Source: Penicillus capitatus
Taxonomy: Eukaryota; Plantae; Chlorophyta
DNA length: 64,000 nt
Reading direction: 5' to 3'
NCBI GenBank assembly: GCA_965649825.1
Contig: OZ287694.1
Span: 124,001-188,000, forward strand
The first letter of the stretch is position 1. Each line of letters begins with the position of its first letter. Made by a program: the position numbers and the translations under genes. Under the pieces are notes generated by a model. That model was not told where the DNA came from and did not search any database. It saw only the letters and a program-made list of their open reading frames with translations. Positions 59,201-64,000 of this stretch are shown piece by piece.

Positions 59201-61283
59201 GTAGAGTCCGGCGCCGATCTTCGAACGGGAAGAGGTGATGGAGACGTCGGTCAAGGAGAGTCGACATCTCCAGAGGGCACTGATCGACCCCCCGGCGGTC
59301 TCGGCCGCGTCCTTCTCGAAATCGCTGGACGTGACGTTCGCGAAGGACAGTCGCAAAGCGAGGGATCCTCCCCCGACGGCGCGGTTCTTCGTAAACTGAC
59401 TCGAGAGCACCGTCAGTGTTGCCTTCTCGGCGAAGGCGGCGCCGCCGCGGAAACTGGCACGGTTGCCTCGGAGAGTAGCGTGGCGGAGGGTGGCCGTCGA
59501 TCCGGATCGCACAGAAACGCCGCCGCCCGACTCCTGGCTCCTGTTGTCGACGATGCTCGCGTTTGCGGCCAGCACTTGGCAGAGATCCTCGGCAGAGATG
59601 GCTCCCCCGTCGGTTCCGGCTTCGTTGTGCCGCAGCGTGACGTGGCGCGTCAAAGTGACGTTTGACGCGCGGCATCGAATACCACCTCCCCTTTCAGAAA
59701 CGGCTCGATTCCGCACGATGCTCGAGTGCTCCAGAAGGATCGTGGAGTTGTTCTCGGCGCTGAGGGCGCCGCCGCCGGCTCGCGCGCTGTTGTTTCTGAA
59801 GACGCCGTGATGAACACCGACGAAACTCCGCGAAGCAGAAAGAGCCCCTCCGCGGATCGCCGCATTTCCTTCGAAGCTGCAATCGGTAAGTGACAGTAGC
59901 CTTGTGTGGTTTGCATAGATCGCCCCTTCGCTTTGATCAAGTGCTCCGTTGCCGGAGAACTGGCAGTGGAACATGGAAGCGTGTATCGATGCCGTCAACA
60001 CGATGACCGATCCCGGTACGTTGTTCGAGAACTGGCCGTTTATCAGCGTCAAGCTGCCGGCGGTCACACGCAGCACCGGCATCTCATTTCGCACGGCGAC
60101 CATACCAGAGGCGTCGGTGATCGACGCCGCGGGCACTGCGATCAGAGCGCCACGGGCTTCGCTGCCAGAGGGGAGTGCAGTGTTGTTCTGCATCGTCACA
60201 TTTGTCAGACGATTCTCCAGAGAGAGATCCGCAAAGCAGGTGCCAGAGCACGCGTTGCCGACGAAGGACACATTCGACATCTCGACGGCGGTGCACGCGT
60301 CGCTGCCGACGCGCACGGCCGATGTTCCGTTCAGAACGTTGTCGCGGAAGACCACGCGTTCGAGGACAACGCGACCGGATCCACTCCCGCCGTCGCATTT
60401 CTCGACGTCGATGATGGCGGCGTCTCCGTTGGTCCCGTTCAGATAGCATTCAGTGAAAACGATGCTCCCAAACGACGCTCCTCCAGATCTACAGAGACAC
60501 GTACGTGCATAGGACATCCGTTCGGACGGGAGGGCCGTCGCACCTCAGCAGAAAGGCTCCTCTGTCCTTTCGACAGCGGAAGACCGTGAGCTCCGTCGCA
60601 GCCGAAGCGGCGTCGCTGGCTTGATCGACCGGCGCTCCCAAGACGAGCCTCCAGGGGATTTCCACACGTCTGGAGAGCTTGATGGGGCGCTTCACTCGGA
60701 AGAGGACCGTGTCGTCTTCGCGGGTGCAGTCGATGATCATCTGCAGATCGCCATCCAGCGTCCTGAGCGCGGCGTCGCTCACCCGCCAGGTGCGTTGCTC
60801 CTCATCCAGCAGTTCAGAAATCTGCGCTGGCGAGAGCGCGCATTGGTCGTCGGTGTCTGATGGAATCGCCGTCTGCGAGACGGCCCTCGTCGACGCACCG
60901 TCTGTCTCATCTTGGAGCAGGGCACGATGTCGTGGTACGGCGTCGCTCAGAAAGGCTCGCTGCGGGACGGTCGCGTGTCGGACGTGGACCGTCGGCACGG
61001 CGGAGAATCCCGACTCGGGCGACGATACGTTGCCGCTCGCAGAGGTAAGCGTCGCATCGTAACCTGCAGCGTTCGCTGTCAGAGAGAACGCGCGTTCCGG
61101 ACTGCTGCCGGGCGTCGCGCTCCGTCGGCGACGTGCATCGCAGACGCAGACGGCGAACGAACCGGGTGTGTTACCTGTGGGGCTCAGGAGACGGACGTGG
61201 GCGTCGGCGCGTCCTCGTGAATGAAGGATGACCAGAATCCAGAGGAGCCAGGGGAATCGGTGAGCGAAGGGTATCGGTGTCAT
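56299..61283 (-). CDS. Receptor paralogue F; intact
   Basis: Signal peptide, RALLQ, cap WRVSDAALRTLDGDLQMIIDC, an 870-codon beta-helix/Ig/Cys ORF, a GC-AG intron at 57937-57982, and a TM module with GFLYRAY...FWES. Confidence 0.88.
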
Positions 61284-62581
61284 GAAGAGAGCGTGTCTTC
61301 GGAGAGAGGAAGCTTCGAAGGAGGACGTTTGTCGGTCGCGATGCGGAAGGGCAGTCTTGCAAAAGGTGCTTTCTTCAAAAGGCTGACAGGCTGGTCGCTG
61401 TTCTGAGGTCAGGAAGTGCTGAGAATCTTGATGTGACTGACGGCCAATGAGTTAGCGACCGCATGGCGTACACGGGAGGGTTACGTCAGCGGCGAGGCCC
61501 TTTCGCCAAGTGTCCGAACAATTGATCGCTACCTTCGACGTCGAATCGAATCAGAAATCGGCCAGGTACTGCGGGCTCAGACGGGAAGGCGCACTCTGCG
61601 TCACCCCCGGCCGAGTACAGGTGTTCTTCTAGACAAGGTCACCCAGCAAAGCAGTTTGTGATTTAAACCCTTAAGTGGCTCGGCAGAGTGTACTCTGTTC
61701 GAAGAAGAATCTCTCTTCTATCTCTCGCGAGCTTAAGGATAACGTTCTGGCAGACTCGGTTGAGCAAATACCCTCGTTCCTTTCTCGCACTTCAAAGCGC
61801 AATGTCTTCGTCGTTCTGATCACCGAGACCGGTCTTGCCCTCTGGCAGTTTTAATGATACGATTCGACTCGTGCTAGCTAAGACTCTATTCACGTAAAGG
61901 CTTCAGTATGGGGTGCAGAACTGGTTCTTGTTCCATCTAAGACATACGCAGTGCATATTCCACGGTCCGTGCGAATGCCTAAGGACCGGGTTACCGTAAA
62001 GAAGACTAGTGCAATGCGGCAGGCTCGATGCTGATAGCGCGAAACGATTTTTAACGCACCAAAGAGAACAACGAATAAACGACAAATTATCGCCATCTAA
62101 AGAGAGGCGTCAGGCATACACCACAAGTGGGTCTTTATCCATTTCTTTGGTAGATAATACGAACATGTAATCCTTCATCTAACGTACGGAATGGCCACTT
62201 ATAGGAATACCCGTCTGGCATCATTTCTTTTGAACAAAGTTGCGCGTTTGCAAGGTTTGTTGCGCACGACGTCAACAAAGGAGATTTCCAAAGCGGAACT
62301 TCGTAAGAGTGTCTGTCTGTTCTCGAGAACTCTGATTCCACTTCTTAGTTTTGGACGATTTCGTCCATTTCTGTTAACTGTCTAATCCTCCGGTCTTAAG
62401 GTCCGTTAAGAAGCTCATACAAGTTTCTTTCGAATCGTGTAACATGCTAAGCGCACGATTATAGTATACACATTAAAGGAAGAGCAAAGTCCGATCGCGC
62501 ACTTCGGTAGCATCCTTTCTTAAACGGCGGCAAGGATCCTTGTACAAGTGGTTCGTACGGCGCGCCACCGCGGCACGGGGT

Positions 62582-62899
62582 CCGCGTCGTCTGCCGCTCG
62601 GGGCGCTTGATCCGCGTCGTCTGCCGCTCGGGGCGCTTGATCCGCGTCGTCTGCCGCTCGGGGCGCTTGATCCGCGTCGTCTGCCGCTCGGGGCGCTTGA
62701 TCCGCGTCGTCTGCCGCTCGGGGCGCTTGATCCGCGTCGTCTGCGGTCGTGGCGCTTGATCCGCGTCGTCGCCGGGGGTGGCGCTTGATCCGCGTCGTCT
62801 GCGGTCGTGGCGCTTGATCCGCGTCGTCGTCGGGGGTGGCGCTTGATCCGCGTCGTCTGCGGTCGTGGCGCTTGATCCGCGTCGTCGTCGGGGGTGGCG
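62582..62899. repeat. GC-rich minisatellite: 5 x 30 bp, then 5 x 29 bp alternating between two variants, plus a partial unit
   Basis: Constant core GGCGCTTGATCCGCGTCGTC; linkers TGCCGCTCGG, TGCGGTCGT and GYCGGGGGT. Confidence 0.95.
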
Positions 62900-63259
62900 G
62901 TGGCAATTCTAAACAAGGCAATAATAACCTGTGCTCATTGCGACCGGCAATATAACACAAAGATCAAAGGATTGGTTCTTCTAGCGAATTGTAAAACTAC
63001 GTCTGTTTTTGCGAAAGCCATAACATCATCCACGACGGACCACCTTTTTTGAGCTTACACGTCGGTCTTTGTTCCAACGGAGTTAAGATGGTCGGACTCG
63101 AAGAGTAAACCACCTTCGACGTCCGCTTCACGTCTTCCGGTAAAAGCATGAACCCCACAATACTACCGTTGGCTGTTTCCTTTGCGGTTCTCTCTTGCAT
63201 CGATATCTTGTTCCCCTTCGCGTTTCCAACAAACGCGCATCAAGGTTAAGGTTTTCCGA

Positions 63260-63660
63260 GAATCGCAAAGACAATGCCGAGCTCTTAACGTTTAGATGCC
63301 AAGAACTCTATTGTACCTCTCTTCAAATCGAAGAGACTTAAGAGATCCAACCGCAAGTGTGTTACGATACTCTTGTCGTATTGTTTTAAAGAACACTCTC
63401 AGTATTGCTCAACAGTTAAATAGGACACATGGTGTGGTCGCCGTGGATTTCAATACATTACCACGGTCATCAACCGGCCCATCCGCTTTGTCAACGGCAA
63501 ATCCACCACCGAGTCTTGCGTCACGAGCTATGATCGGTGTTTCAGGCGTATAGATTGACAAGCAAGGTCGCCCGGACTAATGTGCCTCCACATGTCCTCT
63601 TCGAACAATGTTTCCCGATATGGTGGATAATTTTAAGGTATAAGAAACAACCGTTCCCCG
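63260..63660 (-). mobile_element. Probable degenerate Ty3/gypsy integrase relic
   Basis: A stop-riddled minus frame reads MWRHISPGDLACQSIRLK...SVVDLPLTKRMGRLMTVV...ELGI, resembling the CQ..K / DFxVDLPLT..G...ILVVVD segment of gypsy integrases. The context is AT-richer. Confidence 0.4.
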
Positions 63661-64000
63661 CAATCTCTTAAAGAGTCTCGAGTTCTTTGCGAGCACAATC
63701 GATAGCAGACATTCGTTCACCCGTTCTGTCCTTGCAATCGCGTCGTAAGGATCGACGGATCTTCGCTCAACTTCGCAACCATCGTCGCTGCAAGTTTCTT
63801 TCACACTTCTTCGAAACGCGTCAGACGAGCGTGACAGACAACTCGGATCCTTCTAGTAATCCAACCAGTCATGGAATCGGGTCTCTGTATCGTAATGGAA
63901 GCCATAATGGAACAATACTTCTAAGAAGCTGGTAAATCGGAGGAAGCAGACACTCTTATACATCGCCTCCACATAAGCAACGCGGTAGCGTGAGCTACTC

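Noticed and set aside
21222-61283. Calling the receptors bacterial Pmp autotransporters or canonical 7TM GPCRs
   Set aside because: They have spliceosomal introns and alpha-helical TM segments rather than a beta-barrel. I count about 8-9 hydrophobic segments and see no GPS or other GPCR signature, so the fold assignment is left open.
62582-62899. CRISPR-like array (constant 20-bp core with variable linkers)
   Set aside because: Linkers are only 9-10 bp and themselves repeat, there are no cas genes, and the context is eukaryotic. It is a minisatellite.

Overview
Gene-dense eukaryotic DNA using the standard genetic code, with very short (about 45-65 nt) spliceosomal introns. Plant-like housekeeping genes suggest a compact green-algal genome (inference). 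0-9.6 kb is a tightly packed housekeeping block: arginyl-tRNA synthetase, tRNA-Ala(CGC), PI31, THO2, a GNAT acetyltransferase, and tRNA-Arg(ACG), which probably sits inside the first GNAT intron. 9.8-21 kb holds a bestrophin-like relic, two paralogous intronless F-box/LRR genes, a secreted trypsin-family protease fused to a 7-bladed lectin-like beta-propeller, a Ty3/gypsy protease relic and eIF1A (one frameshift before its tail). 21-61 kb is dominated by six paralogues (here A-F) of a large cell-surface protein. Their architecture is signal peptide, RxLLQ pro-segment, Pmp-like GG/FxxN beta-helix, Ig-like domain, GCC2/GCC3-like Cys-rich region, then about 8-9 TM segments. The cluster shows birth-and-death evolution: a shuffled 78-bp repeat array in B, an ectodomain swap between B and C, and a 'headless' copy A whose TM module is still conserved. 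C carries a solo-LTR-like insertion, the ectodomain/TM boundary intron is GC-AG in A, D and F, and E has a private intron. A 4-helix-bundle/U-box gene with an unrecognised C-terminal region lies inside the cluster. The window ends with a GC-rich minisatellite and a probable integrase relic. Best candidate for an undescribed system: a diversifying, proteolytically matured beta-helix/multi-TM receptor family with possible soluble and membrane isoforms, next to other defence-type genes. All gene models were spliced by eye; no database searches were run.
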